NCBI GenBank assembly: GCA_963920595.1
Contig: OY986949.1
Location: 3,534,001 to 3,598,000 of the forward strand
Length of the DNA: 64,000 nucleotides
Direction: 5' to 3'
Origin: Eimeria praecox
Taxonomy: Eukaryota
Shown here piece by piece: positions 11,832 through 27,129 of the stretch (the stretch's first letter is position 1; each line of letters starts with the position of its first letter). Under the pieces are notes generated by a model, which had not been told where the DNA came from, did no database searches, and saw nothing but the letters and a program-made list of their open reading frames with translations. A program made the translations under genes and the position numbers.

Positions 11832-14800
11832 CAAATCTCTCTCTCTCTGCGCAGGACCCGCCTACCCTGCCACCTCCACAACACCCACTTGCTGCGGTTG
11901 CTGAAAAAAAAAAACGTTAGCCAGCGAGCCTGTTAACGGCAACCCTCGCTCCAAACCAACAGCCATAATCTATTCCCAAAACCACCAGCACGCCACTAGC
12001 TACCATGCATCTGCCCCAGAATAGCGCACTCTTCCCACAGACTCACGTCCCACGCTTCCATCGACAACCTACTAATTTACGCCTATGGAACGCCCCACAC
12101 AAAAACAGCTTTGTCTATCCTCCGAACAAAACACAAAAACACCTGTGGCAGCGTCCGTCCATGCATAACAACCTGATGCCCACACTCCAACACAGCCAGC
12201 ACCTGCCAAACCTCTCTCTCTCTGCGCAGAAGCCGCCTAATCTGCCACCTCCACAACACCCACTTGCTGCGGTGGCTAAACACCAACAAAAACGTAAGCC
12301 AGCGACCCTGTTAACGGAAACCCTCCCTCCAAACCAACAGCCATAATCTATTCCCCAAACCACCAGCACGCCACTATCTACCATGCATCTTCCCCAGATT
12401 GTCGCACTCTTCCCACAGACTCACGTCCCGCGCTTCCATCGACCAACCACTAATTTACGCCTATGGAACGCCCCACACAAAAACAGCTTTGTCTATCCTC
12501 CCAACAAAACACACAAACACCCGTGGCAGCGTCCGTCCATGCACAACAACCTCATGCCCACACTCCAACACAACCAGCACCTGCCAAACCTCTGTGCGCA
12601 GGACCCGCCTGGCCTGCCACCTCCACAACACCCACTTGCTGCGGTGGCTAAACACCAACAAAAACGTAAGCCAGCGACCCTGCTAAGGGAAACCGTCGCT
12701 CCAAACCAACAGCCATAATCTATTCCCAAAACCACCGGCACGCCACTATCTACCATGCATCTGCCCCAGAATAGCGCACTCTTCCCACAGACTCACGTCC
12801 CGCGCTTCCATCGACCAACCACTAATTTACGCCTATGGAACGCCCCACACAAAAACAGCTTTGTCTATCCTCCGAACAAAACACACAAACACCTGTGGCG
12901 GCGTTCGTGCATGTACAACAACCTGATGCCCACACTCCAACACAACCAGCACCTGCCAAACCTCTCTCTCTCTGCGCAGAAGCCGCCTGGCCTGCCACCT
13001 CCACAATACCCACTTGCTGCGGTGGCTAAACACCAACAAAAACGTAAGCCAGCGGCTTTGTTAACGGCAACCCTCCCTCCAAACCAACAGCCATAATCTA
13101 GTCCCAAAACCACCAGCACGCCACTAGCTACCATGCATCTGCCTCAGATTGTCGCACCCTTCCCACAGACTCACGTCCCGCGCTTCCATCGACCAACCAC
13201 TAATTTATGCCTAAGGAACGCCCCACACAAAAACAGCTTTGTCTATCCTCCGAACAAAACACACAAACACCTGTGGCAGCGTCCGTCCATGCACAACAAC
13301 CTGATGACCACACTCCAACACAACAAGCACCTGCCAAACCTCTCTCTCTCTGCGCAGGAGCCGCCAACCCTGCCACCTCCACAACACCCACTTGCTGCGG
13401 TTGCTGAAAACCAACAACAAAGTAAGCCAGCGACCCTGCTAAGGGAAACCGTCGCTCCAAACCAACAGCCATAATCTATTCCCAAAACCACCGGCACGCC
13501 ACTAGCTACCATGCATCTGCCCTCGAATAGCGCACTCTTCCCACAGACTCACGTCCCGCGCTTCCGTCGACCAACCACTAATTTATGCCTATGGAACGCC
13601 CCACACAAAAACAGCTTTGTCTATCTTCCGAACAAAACACACAAACACCTGTGGCAGCGTCCGTCCATGCACAACAACCTGATGCCCACACTCCAACACA
13701 ACCAGCACCTGCCAAACCTCTCTCTCTCTCTGCGCAGGACCCGCTTGGCCTGCCACCTCCACAACACCCACTTGCTGCGGTTGCTGAAAACCAACAACAA
13801 AGTAAGCCAGCGACCCTGCTAAGGGAAACCGTCGCTCCAAACCAACAGCCATAATCTATTCCCCAAACCACCAGTACGCCACTAGCTACCATGCATCTGC
13901 CCCAGATTGTCGCACTTTTCCCACAGACTCACGTCCCGCGCTTCCATCGACAAACTACTAATTTATGCCTATGGAACGCCCCACACAAAAGCAGCTTTGT
14001 CTATCCTCCGAACAAAACACACACACACCTGTGGCAGCGTCCGCCCATGTATAACAACCTGATGCCCACACTCCAACACAACAAGCACCTGCCAAACCTC
14101 TCTCTCTCTGCGCAGAAGCCGCCTGGCCTGCCATCTCCACAACACCCACTTGCTGCGGTGGCTAAACACCAACAAAAACGTAAGCCAGCGACCCTGCTAA
14201 GGGAAACCGTCGCTCCAAACCAACAGCCATAATCTATTCCCCAAACCACCGGCACGCCACTAGCTACCATGCATCTGCCCCAGAATAGCGCACTCTTCCC
14301 ACAGACTCACGTCCCGCGCTTCCATCGACCAACCACTAATTTACGCCTATGGAACGCCCCACACAAAAACAGCTTTGTCTATCCTCCGAACAAAACACAC
14401 AAACACCTGTGGCGGCGTTCGTGCATGTACAACAACCTGATGCCCACACTCCAACACAACCAGCACCTGCCAAACCTCTCTCTCTCTGCGCAGAAGCCGC
14501 CTGGCCTGCCACCTCCACAATACCCACTTGCTGCGGTGGCTAAACACCAACAAAAACGTAAGCCAGCGGCTTTGTTAACGGCAACCCTCCCTCCAAACCA
14601 ACAGCCATAATCTATTCCCAAAACCACCAGCACGCCACTAGCTACCATGCATCTGCCCCAGATTGTCGCACTCTTCCCACAGACTCACGTCCCGCGCTTC
14701 CATCGACCAACCACTAATTTATGCCTAAGGAACGCCCCACACAAAAACAGCTTTGTCTATCCTCCGAACAAAACACACAAACACCTGTGGCAGCGTCCGT

Positions 14801-17800
14801 CCATGCACAACAACCTGATGACCACACTCCAACACAACAAGCACCTGCCAAACCTCTCTCTCTCTGCGCAGGACCCGCCTGGCCTGCCACCTCCACAACA
14901 CCCACTTGCTGCGGTTGCTGAAAACCAACAACAAAGTAAGCCAGCGACCCTGCTAAGGGAAACCGTCGCTCCAAACCAACAGCCATAATCTATTCCCAAA
15001 ACCACCGGCACGCCACTAGCTACCATGCATCTGCCCCCGAATAGCGCACTCTTCCCACAGACTCACGTCCCGCGCTTCCGTCGACCAACCACTAATTTAT
15101 GCCTATGGAACGCCCCACACAAAAACAGCTTTGTCTATCTTCCGAACAAAACACACAAACACCTGTGGCAGCGTCCGTCCATGCACAGCAACCTGATGCC
15201 CACACTCCAACACAACAAGCACCTGCCAAACCTCTCTCTCTCTCTGCGCAGGAGCCGCCTGGCCTGCCATCTCCACAACACCCACTTGCTGCGGTGGCTA
15301 AACACCAATAAAAACGTAAGCCAGCGACCCTGCTAAGGGAAACCGTCGCTCCAAACCAACAGCCATAATCTATTCCCCAAACCCACCGGCACGCCACTAT
15401 CTACCATGCATCTGCCCCAGATTGTCGCACTCTTCCCACAGACTCACGCCCCGCGCTTCCATCGACCAACCACTAATTTACGCCTATGGAACGCCCCACA
15501 CAAAAACAGCTTTGTCTATCCTCCCAACAAAACACACAAACACCCGTGGCAGCGTCCGTCCATGCACAACAACCTGATGCCCACACTCCAACACAACCAG
15601 CACCTGCCAAATCTCTCTCTCTCTGCGCAGGACCCGCCTACCCTGCCACCTCCACAACACCCACTTGCTGCGGTTGCTGAAAAAAAAAAACGTTAGCCAG
15701 CGAGCCAGTTAACGGCAACCCTCGCTCCAAACCAACAGCCATAATCTATTCCCAAAACCACCAGCACGCCACTAGCTACCATGCATCTGCCCCAGAATAG
15801 CGCACTCTTCCCACAGACTCACGTCCCACGCTTCCATCGACAACCTACTAATTTACGCCTATGGAACGCCCCACACAAAAACAGCTTTGTCTATCCTCCC
15901 AACAAAACACAAAAACACCTGTGGCAGCGTCCGTCCATGCATAACAACCTGATGCCCACACTCCAACACAGCCAGCACCTGCCAAACCTCTCTCTCTCTG
16001 CGCAGAAGCCGCCTAATCTGCCACCTCCACAACACCCACTTGCTGCGGTGGCTAAACACCAACAAAAACGTAAGCCAGCGACCCTGTTAACGGAAACCCT
16101 CCCTCCAAACCAACAGCCATAATCTATTCCCCAAACCACCAGCACGCCACTATCTACCATGCATCTTCCCCAGATTGTCGCACTCTTCCCACAGACTCAC
16201 GTCCCGCGCTTCCATCGACCAACCACTAATTTACGCCTATGGAACGCCCCACACAAAAACAGCTTTGTCTATCCTCCCAACAAAACACACAAACACCCGT
16301 GGCAGCGTCCGTCCATGCACAACAACCTCATGCCCACACTCCAACACAACCAGCACCTGCCAAACCTCTGTGCGCAGGACCCGCCTGGCCTGCCACCTCC
16401 ACAACACCCACTTGCTGCGGTGGCTAAACACCAACAAAAACGTAAGCCAGCGACCCTGCTAAGGGAAACCGTCGCTCCAAACCAACAGCCATAATCTATT
16501 CCCAAAACCACCGGCACGCCACTATCTACCATGCATCTGCCCCAGAATAGCGCACTCTTCCCACAGACTCACGTCCCGCGCTTCCATCGACCAACCACTA
16601 ATTTACGCCTATGGAACGCCCCACACAAAAACAGCTTTGTCTATCCTCCGAACAAAACACACAAACACCTGTGGCGGCGTTCGTGCATGTACAACAACCT
16701 GATGCCCACACTCCAACACAACCAGCACCTGCCAAACCTCTCTCTCTCTGCGCAGAAGCCGCCTGGCCTGCCACCTCCACAATACCCACTTGCTGCGGTG
16801 GCTAAACACCAACAAAAACGTAAGCCAGCGGCTTTGTTAACGGCAACCCTCCCTCCAAACCAACAGCCATAATCTAGTCCCAAAACCACCAGCACGCCAC
16901 TAGCTACCATGCATCTGCCTCAGATTGTCGCACCCTTCCCACAGACTCACGTCCCGCGCTTCCATCGACCAACCACTAATTTATGCCTAAGGAACGCCCC
17001 ACACAAAAACAGCTTTGTCTATCCTCCGAACAAAACACACAAACACCTGTGGCAGCGTCCGTCCATGCACAACAACCTGATGACCACACTCCAACACAAC
17101 AAGCACCTGCCAAACCTCTCTCTCTCTGCGCAGGAGCCGCCAACCCTGCCACCTCCACAACACCCACTTGCTGCGGTTGCTGAAAACCAACAACAAAGTA
17201 AGCCAGCGACCCTGCTAAGGGAAACCGTCGCTCCAAACCAACAGCCATAATCTATTCCCAAAACCACCGGCACGCCACTAGCTACCATGCATCTGCCCTC
17301 GAATAGCGCACTCTTCCCACAGACTCACGTCCCGCGCTTCCGTCGACCAACCACTAATTTATGCCTATGGAACGCCCCACACAAAAACAGCTTTGTCTAT
17401 CTTCCGAACAAAACACACAAACACCTGTGGCAGCGTCCGTCCATGCACAACAACCTGATGCCCACACTCCAACACAACCAGCACCTGCCAAACCTCTCTC
17501 TCTCTCTGCGCAGGACCCGCTTGGCCTGCCACCTCCACAACACCCACTTGCTGCGGTTGCTGAAAACCAACAACAAAGTAAGCCAGCGACCCTGCTAAGG
17601 GAAACCGTCGCTCCAAACCAACAGCCATAATCTATTCCCCAAACCACCAGTACGCCACTAGCTACCATGCATCTGCCCCAGATTGTCGCACTTTTCCCAC
17701 AGACTCACGTCCCGCGCTTCCATCGACAAACTACTAATTTATGCCTATGGAACGCCCCACACAAAAGCAGCTTTGTCTATCCTCCGAACAAAACACACAC

Positions 17801-19383
17801 ACACCTGTGGCAGCGTCCGCCCATGTATAACAACCTGATGCCCACACTCCAACACAACAAGCACCTGCCAAACCTCTCTCTCTCTGCGCAGAAGCCGCCT
17901 GGCCTGCCATCTCCACAACACCCACTTGCTGCGGTGGCTAAACACCAACAAAAACGTAAGCCAGCGACCCTGCTAAGGGAAACCGTCGCTCCAAACCAAC
18001 AGCCATAATCTATTCCCCAAACCACCGGCACGCCACTAGCTACCATGCATCTGCCCCAGAATAGCGCACTCTTCCCACAGACTCACGTCCCGCGCTTCCA
18101 TCGACCAACCACTAATTTACGCCTATGGAACGCCCCACACAAAAACAGCTTTGTCTATCCTCCGAACAAAACACACAAACACCTGTGGCGGCGTTCGTGC
18201 ATGTACAACAACCTGATGCCCACACTCCAACACAACCAGCACCTGCCAAACCTCTCTCTCTCTGCGCAGAAGCCGCCTGGCCTGCCACCTCCACAATACC
18301 CACTTGCTGCGGTGGCTAAACACCAACAAAAACGTAAGCCAGCGGCTTTGTTAACGGCAACCCTCCCTCCAAACCAACAGCCATAATCTATTCCCAAAAC
18401 CACCAGCACGCCACTAGCTACCATGCATCTGCCCCAGATTGTCGCACTCTTCCCACAGACTCACGTCCCGCGCTTCCATCGACCAACCACTAATTTATGC
18501 CTAAGGAACGCCCCACACAAAAACAGCTTTGTCTATCCTCCGAACAAAACACACAAACACCTGTGGCAGCGTCCGTCCATGCACAACAACCTGATGACCA
18601 CACTCCAACACAACAAGCACCTGCCAAACCTCTCTCTCTCTGCGCAGGACCCGCCTGGCCTGCCACCTCCACAACACCCACTTGCTGCGGTTGCTGAAAA
18701 CCAACAACAAAGTAAGCCAGCGACCCTGCTAAGGGAAACCGTCGCTCCAAACCAACAGCCATAATCTATTCCCAAAACCACCGGCACGCCACTAGCTACC
18801 ATGCATCTGCCCCCGAATAGCGCACTCTTCCCACAGACTCACGTCCCGCGCTTCCGTCGACCAACCACTAATTTATGCCTATGGAACGCCCCACACAAAA
18901 ACAGCTTTGTCTATCTTCCGAACAAAACACACAAACACCTGTGGCAGCGTCCGTCCATGCACAGCAACCTGATGCCCACACTCCAACACAACAAGCACCT
19001 GCCAAACCTCTCTCTCTCTCTGCGCAGGAGCCGCCTGGCCTGCCATCTCCACAACACCCACTTGCTGCGGTGGCTAAACACCAATAAAAACGTAAGCCAG
19101 CGACCCTGCTAAGGGAAACCGTCGCTCCAAACCAACAGCCATAATCTATTCCCCAAACCCACCGGCACGCCACTATCTACCATGCATCTGCCCCAGATTG
19201 TCGCACTCTTCCCACAGACTCACGCCCCGCGCTTCCATCGACCAACCACTAATTTACGCCTATGGAACGCCCCACACAAAAACAGCTTTGTCTATCCTCC
19301 CAACAAAACACACAAACACCCGTGGCAGCGTCCGTCCATGCACAACAACCTGATGCCCACACTCCAACACAACCAGCACCTGC
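11832..19383 (+). repeat. 10-monomer higher-order repeat, 3776-bp period, 2 near-identical copies
   Basis: Monomer starts 12005, 12383, 12755, 13133, 13511, 13891, 14269, 14647, 15025 and 15406 each recur at +3776 with the same private variants, e.g. the 372-bp unit, GCACCCTTCC, CCCTCGAATAG and CACCAATAAAAAC. Confidence 0.95.
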
Positions 19384-22300
19384 CAAACCTCTCTCTCTCT
19401 CTGCGCAGGAGCCGCCAACCCTGCCACCTCCACAACACCCACTTGCTGCGGTTGCTGAAAACCAACAAAAACGTTAGCCAGCGAGCCTGTTAACGGCAAC
19501 CCTCGCTCCAAACCAACAGCCATAATCTATTCCCAAAACCACCAGCACGCCACTATCTACCATGCATCTGCCCCAGATTGTCGCAGTCTTCCCACAGACT
19601 CACGTCCTGCGCTTCCATCGACCACCTACTAATTTACGCCTATGGAACGCCCCACACAAAAACAGCTTTGTCTATCCTCCGAACAAAACACACAAACACC
19701 CGTGGCAGTGTCCGTCCATGCACAGCAACCTGATGCCCACACTCTAACACAACCACCACCTGCCAAATCTCTCTCTCTCTGCGCAGGACCCGCCTACCCT
19801 GCCACCTCCACAACACCCACTTGCTGCGGTTGCTGAAAAAAAAAAACGTTAGCCAGCGAGCCAGTTAACGGCAACCCTCGCTCCAAACCAACAGCCATAA
19901 TCTATTCCCAAAACCACCAGCACGCCACTAGCTACCATGCATCTGCCCCAGAATAGCGCACTCTTCCCACAGACTCACGTCCCACGCTTCCATCGACAAC
20001 CTACTAATTTACGCCTATGGAACGCCCCACACAAAAACAGCTTTGTCTATCCTCCCAACAAAACACAAAAACACCTGTGGCAGCGTCCGTCCATGCATAA
20101 CAACCTGATGCCCACACTCCAACACAGCCAGCACCTGCCAAACCTCTCTCTCTCTGCGCAGAAGCCGCCTAATCTGCCACCTCCACAACACCCACTTGCT
20201 GCGGTGGCTAAACACCAACAAAAACGTAAGCCAGCGACCCTGTTAACGGAAACCCTCCCTCCAAACCAACAGCCATAATCTATTCCCCAAACCACCAGCA
20301 CGCCACTATCTACCATGCATCTTCCCCAGATTGTCGCACTCTTCCCACAGACTCACGTCCCGCGCTTCCATCGACCAACCACTAATTTACGCCTATGGAA
20401 CGCCCCACACAAAAACAGCTTTGTCTATCCTCCGAACAAAACACACAAACACCCGTGGCAGCGTCCGTCCATGCACAACAACCTGATGCCCACACTCCAA
20501 CACAACCAGCACCTGCCAAACCTCTGTGCGCAGGACCCGCCTGGCCTGCCACCTCCACAACACCCACTTGCTGCGGTTGCTGAAAACCAACAACAAAGTA
20601 AGCCAGCGACCCTGCTAGGGGAAACCGTCGCTCCAAACCAACAGCCATAATCTATTCCCCAAACCACCAGTACGCCACTAGCTACCATGCATCTGCCCCA
20701 GATTGTCGCACTCTTCCCACAGACTCACGTCCCGCGCTTCCATCGACCAACCACTAATTTACGCCTATGGAACGCCCCACACAAAAACAGCTTTGTCTAT
20801 CCTCCGAACAAAACACACACACACGTGTGGCAGCGTCCGCCCATGTATAACAACCTGATGCCCACACTCCAACACAACAAGCACCTGCCAAACCTCTCTC
20901 TCTCTCTGCGCAGAAGCCGCCTGGCCTGCCATCTCCACAACACCCACTTGCTGCGGTGGCTAAACACCAACAAAAACGTAAGCCAGCGACCCTGCTAAGG
21001 GAAACCGTCGCTCCAAACCAACAGCCATAATCTATTCCCAAAACCACCGGCACGCCACTATCTGCCATGCATCTGCCCCAGAATAGCGCACTCTTCCCAC
21101 AGACTCACGTCCCGCGCTTCCATCGACCAACCACTAATTTACGCCTATGGAACGCCCCACACAAAAACAGCTTTGTCTATCCTCCGAACAAAACACACAA
21201 ACACCTGTGGCGGCGTTCGTGCATGTACAACAACCTGATGCCCACACTCCAACACAACCAGCACCTGCCAAACCTCTCTCTCTCTGCGCAGAAGCCGCCT
21301 GGCCTGCCACCTCCACAATACCCACTTGCTGCGGTGGCTAAACACCAACAAAAACGTAAGCCAGCGGCTTTGTTAACGGCAACCCTCCCTCCAAACCAAC
21401 AGCCATAATCTAGTCCCAAAACCACCAGCACGCCACTAGCTACCATGCATCTGCCTCAGATTGTCGCACTCTCCCCACAGACTCACGTCCCGCGCTTCCA
21501 TCGACCAACCACTAATTTATGCGTAAGGAACGCCCCACACAAAAACAGCTTTGTCTATCCTCCGAACAAAACACACAAACACCTGTGGCAGCGTCCGTCC
21601 ATGCACAGCAACCTGATGCCCACACTCCAACACAACAAGCACCTGCCAAACCTCTCTCTCTCTCTGCGCAGGAGCCGCCTGGCCTGCCATCTCCACAACA
21701 CCCACTTGCTGCGGTGGCTAAACACCAACAAAAACGTAAGCCAGCGACCCTGCTAAGGGAAACCGTCGCTCCAAACCAACAGCCATAATCTATTCCCCAA
21801 ACCCACCGGCACGCCACTATCTACCATGCATCTGCCCCAGATTGTCGCACTCTTCCCACAGACTCACGCCCCGCGCTTCCATCGACCAACCACTAATTTA
21901 CGCCTATGGAACGCCCCACACAAAAACACCTTTGTCTATCCTCCCAACAAAACACACAAACACCCGTGGCAGCGTCCGTCCATGCACAACAACCTGATGC
22001 CCACACTCCAACACAACCAGCACCTGCCAAACCTCTCTCTCTCTCTGCGCAGGAGCCGCCAACCCTGCCACCTCCACAACACCCACTTGCTGCGGTTGCT
22101 GAAAACCAACAAAAACGTTAGCCAGCGAGCCTGTTAACGGCAACCCTCGCTCCAAACCAACAGCCATAATCTATTCCCAAAACCACCAGCACGCCACTAT
22201 CTACAATGCATCTGCCCCAGATTGTCGCAGTCTTGCTACAGACTCACGTCCTGCGCTTCCATCGACCACCTACTAATTTACGCCTATGGAACGCCCCACA

Positions 22301-23712
22301 CAAAAACAGCTTTGTCTATCCTCCGAACAAAACACACAAACACCCGTGGCAGTGTCCGTCCATGCACAGCAACCTGATGCCCACACTCTAACACAACCAC
22401 CACCTGCCAAACCTCTCTCTCTCTCTGCGCAGGACCCGCCTACCCTGCCACCTCCACAACACCCACTTGCTGCGGTTGCTGAAAAAAAAAAACGTTAGCC
22501 AGCGAGCCAGTTAACGGCAACCCTCGCTCCAAACCAACAGCCATAATCTATTCCCAAAACCACCAGCACGCCACTAGCTACCATGCATCTGCCCCAGAAT
22601 AGCGCACTCTTCCCACAGACTCACGTCCCACGCTTCCATCGACAACCTACTAATTTACGCCTATGGAACGCCCCACACAAAAACAGCTTTGTCTATCCTC
22701 CCAACAAAACACAAAACCACCTGTGGCAGCGTCCGTCCATGCATAACAACCTGATGCCCACACTCCAACACAGCCAGCACCTGCCAAACCTCTCTCTCTC
22801 TGCGCAGAAGCCGCCTAATCTGCCACCTCCACAACACCCACTTGCTGCGGTGGCTAAACACCAACAAAAACGTAAGCCAGCGACCCTGTTAACGGAAACC
22901 CTCCCTCCAAACCAACAGCCATAATCTATTCCCCAAACCACCAGCACGCCACTATCTACCATGCATCTTCCCCAGATTGTCGCACTCTTCCCACAGACTC
23001 ACGTCCCGCGCTTCCATCGACCAACCACTAATTTACGCCTATGGAACGCCCCACACAAAAACAGCTTTGTCTATCCTCCCAACAAAACACACAAACACCC
23101 GTGGCAGCGTCCGTCCATGCACAACAACCTGATGCCCACACTCCAACACAACCAGCACCTGCCAAACCTCTGTGCGCAGGACCCGCCTGGCCTGCCACCT
23201 CCACAACACCCACTTGCTGCGGTGGCTAAACACCAACAACAAAGTAAGCCAGCGACCCTGCTAGGGGAAACCGTCGCTCCAAACCAACAGCCATAATCTA
23301 TTCCCCAAACCACCAGTACGCCACTAGCTACCATGCATCTGCCCCAGATTGTCGCACTCTTCCCACAGACTCACGTCCCGCGCTTCCATCGACCAACCAC
23401 TAATTTACGCCTATGGAACGCCCCACACAAAAACAGCTTTGTCTATCCTCCGAACAAAACACACACACACCTGTGGCAGCGTCCGCCCATGTATAACAAC
23501 CTGATGCCCACACTCCAACACAACAAGCACCTGCCAAACCTCTCTCTCTCTCTGCGCAGAAGCCGCCTGGCCTGCCATCTCCACAACACCCACTTGCTGC
23601 GGTGGCTAAACACCAACAAAAACGTAAGCCAGCGACCCTGCTAAGGGAAACCGTCGCTCCAAACCAACAGCCATAATCTATTCCCAAAACCACCGGCACG
23701 CCACTAGCTACC
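19182..23712 (+). repeat. 7-monomer higher-order repeat, ~2644-2646-bp period, ~1.7 copies
   Basis: Pairs 19182/21826, 19562/22206 (A11 marker), 19937/22583, 20315/22961 (372-bp unit, CTAGGGGAAA) and 20687/23333. Confidence 0.85.
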
Positions 23713-26700
23713 ATGCATCTGCCCCCGAATAGCGCACTCTTCCCACAGACTCACGTCCCGCGCTTCCGTCGACCAACCATTAATTTACGCCTATGGAACG
23801 CCCCACACAAAAACAGCTTTGTCTATCCTCCGAACAAAACACACAAACACCCGTGGCAGCGTCCGTCCATGCACAACAACCTGATGCCCACACTCCAACA
23901 CAACCAGCACCTGCCAAACCTCTCTCTCTCTCTGCGCAGGAGCCGCCTGGCCTGCCATCTCCACAACACCCACTTGCTGCGGTGGCTAAACACCAACAAA
24001 AACGTAAGCCAGCGACCCTGTTAGGGGCAATCGTCGCTCCAAACCAACAGCCATAATCTATTCCCCAAACCACCGGCACGCCACTATCTACCATGCATCT
24101 GCCCCAGATTGTCGCACTCTTCCCACAGACTCACGTCCCGCGCTTCCATCGACCAACCACTAATTTACGCCTATGGAACGCCCCACACAAAAACAGCTTT
24201 GTCTATCCTCCGAACAAAACACACAAACACCTGTGGCGGCGTTCGTGCATGTGCAACAACCTGATGCCCACACTCCAACACAACCAGCACCTGCCAAACC
24301 TCTCTCTCTCTCTGCGCAGAAGCCGCCTGGCCTGCCATCTCCACAACACCCACTTGCTGCGGTGGCTAAACACCAACAAAAACGTAAGCCAGCGGCTTTG
24401 TTAACGGCAACCCTCCCTCCAAACCAACAGCCATAATCTATTCCCAAAACCACCAGCACGCCACTAGCTACCATGCATCTGCCTCAGATTGTCGCACTCT
24501 TCCCACAGACTCACGTCCCGCGCTTCCATCGACCAACCACTAATTTATGCCTAAGGAACGCCCCACACAAAAACAGCTTTGTCTATCCTCCGAACAAAAC
24601 ACACAAACACCTGTGGCAGCGTCCGTCCATGCACAACAACCTGATGACCACACTCCAACACAACAAGCACCTGCCAAACCTCTCTCTCTCTGCGCAGGAC
24701 CCGCCTAATCTGCCACCTCCACAACACCCACTTGCTGCGGTGGCTAAACACCAACAACAAAGTAAGCCAGCGACCCTGCTAAGGGAAACCGTCGCTCCAA
24801 ACCAACAGCCATAATCTATTCCCAAAACCACCGGCACGCCACTAGCTACCATGCATCTGCCCCCGAATAGCGCACTCTTCCCACAGACTCACGTCCCGCG
24901 CTTCCGTCGACCAACCACTAATTTACGCCTACCGAACGCCCCACACAAAAACAGCTTTGTCTATCTTCCGAACAAAACACACAAACACCCGTGGCAGCGT
25001 CCGTCCATGCACAACAACCTGATGCCCACACTCCAACACAACCAGCACCTGCCAAACCTCTCTCTCTCTCTGCGCAGGAGCCGCGTGGCCTGCCATCTCC
25101 ACAACACCCACTTGCTGCGGTGGCTAAACACCAACAAAAACGTAAGCCAGCGACCCTGTTAGGGGCAATCGTCGCTCCAAACCAACAGCCATAATCTATT
25201 CCCCAAACCACCGGCACGCCACTATCTACCATGCATCTGCTCCAGATTGTCGCACTCTTCCCACAGACTCACGTCCCGCGCTTCCATCGACCAACCACTA
25301 ATTTACGCCTATGGAACGCCCCACACAAAAACAGCTTTGTCTATCCTCCGAACAAAACACACAAACACCTGTGGCGGCGTTCGTGCATGTGCAACAACCT
25401 GATGCCCACACTCCAACACAACAAGCACCTGCCAAACCTCTCTCTCTCTCTGGGCAGAAGCCGCCTGGCCTGCCATCTCCACAACACCCACTTGCTGCGG
25501 TGGCTAAACACCAACAAAAACGTAAGCCAGCGACCCTGCTAAGGGAAACCCTCGCTCCAAACCAACAGCCATAATCTATTCCCCAAACCCACCGGCACGC
25601 CACTATCTACCATGCATCTGCCCCAGATTGTCGCACTCTTCCCACAGACTCACGTCCCGCGCTTCCATCGACAACCTACTAATTTACGCCTGTGGAAAGC
25701 CCCACACAAAAACAACTTTGTCTATCCTCCGAACAAAACACACAAACACCTGTGGCGGCGTTCGTGCATGCACAGCAACCTGATGCCCACACTCCAACAC
25801 AACCAGCACCTGCCAAACCTCTCTCTCTCTCTGCGCAGGAGCCGCCTGGCCTGCCACCTCCACAACACCCACTTGCTGCGGTGGCTAAACACCAACAAAA
25901 ACGTAAGCCAGCGGCCCTGTTAACGGAAACCCTCCCTCCAAACCAACAGCCATAATCTATTCCCAAAACCACCAGCACGCCACTAGCTACCATGCGTCTG
26001 CCCCAGATTGTCGCACTCTTCCCACAGACTCACGTCCCGCGCTTCCATCGACAACCTACTAATTTATGCCTATGGAACGCCTCACACAAAAACACCTTTG
26101 TCTATCCTCCGAACAAAACACACAAACACCTGTGGCAGCGTCCGTCCATGCACAACAACCTGATGCCCACACTCCAACACAACAAGCACCTGCCAAACCT
26201 CTTTCTCTCTCTGCGCAGGACCCGCCTAATCTGCCACCTCCGCAACACCCACTTGCTGCGGTTGCTGAAAACCAACAACAAAGTAAGCCAGCGACCCTGC
26301 TAAGGGAAACCGTCGCTCCAAACCAACAGCCATAATCTATTCCCAAAACCACCGGCACGCCACTATCTACCATGCATCTGCCCCAGATTGTCGCACTCTT
26401 CCCACAGACTCACGTCCCGCGCTTCCATCGACAACCTACTAATTTATGCCTATGGAACGCCCCACACAAAAACAGCTTTGTCTATCCTCCGAACAAAACA
26501 CACAAACACCTGTGGCGGCGTTCGTCCATGTACAACAACCTGATGCCCACACTCCAACACAACCAGCACCTGCCAAACCTCTCTCTCTCTGCGCAGAAGC
26601 CGCCTGGCCTGCCACCTCCACAACACCCACTTGCTGCGGTGGCTGAAGACCAACAACAAAGTAAGCCAGCGACCCTGCTAAGGGAAACCCTCGCTCCAAA

Positions 26701-27129
26701 CCAACAGCCATAATCTATTCCCAAAACCACCAGCATGCCACTATCTACCATGCATCTGCCCCAGAATAGCGCACTCTTCCCACAGACTCACGTCCCGCGC
26801 TTCCATCGACCACCTACTAGTTTACGCCTATGGAACGCATCACACAAAAACAGCTTTGTCTATCCTCCGAACAAAACACACAAACACCTGTGGCAGCGTC
26901 CGTCCATGCACAACAACCTGATGCCCACACTCCAACACAACCAGCACCTGTCAAACCTCTCTCTCTCTCTGGGCAGAAGCCGCCTAATCTGCCACCTCCA
27001 CAACACCCACTTGCTGCGGTGGCTAAACACCAACAAAAACGTAAGCCAGCGACCCTGTTAACGCCAATCCTCGCTCCAAACCAACAGCCATAATCTATTC
27101 CCAAACCCACCGGCACGCCACTATCTACC

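Noticed and set aside
13301..13350. Hammerhead ribozyme or retrozyme-type satellite (CTGATGA variant in units 13133, 14647, 16909, 18423, 24473)
   Set aside because: The consensus is CTGATGC. No stem II followed by GAAA, and no stem I/III pairing, is visible on either strand.
25757..25776. CENP-B box or functional palindrome (TTCG followed by GTGCATGCAC) in core monomers
   Set aside because: It lacks the A and CGGG positions of the CENP-B box (NTTCGNNNNANNCGGGN). The 10-bp palindrome is present only in some units.
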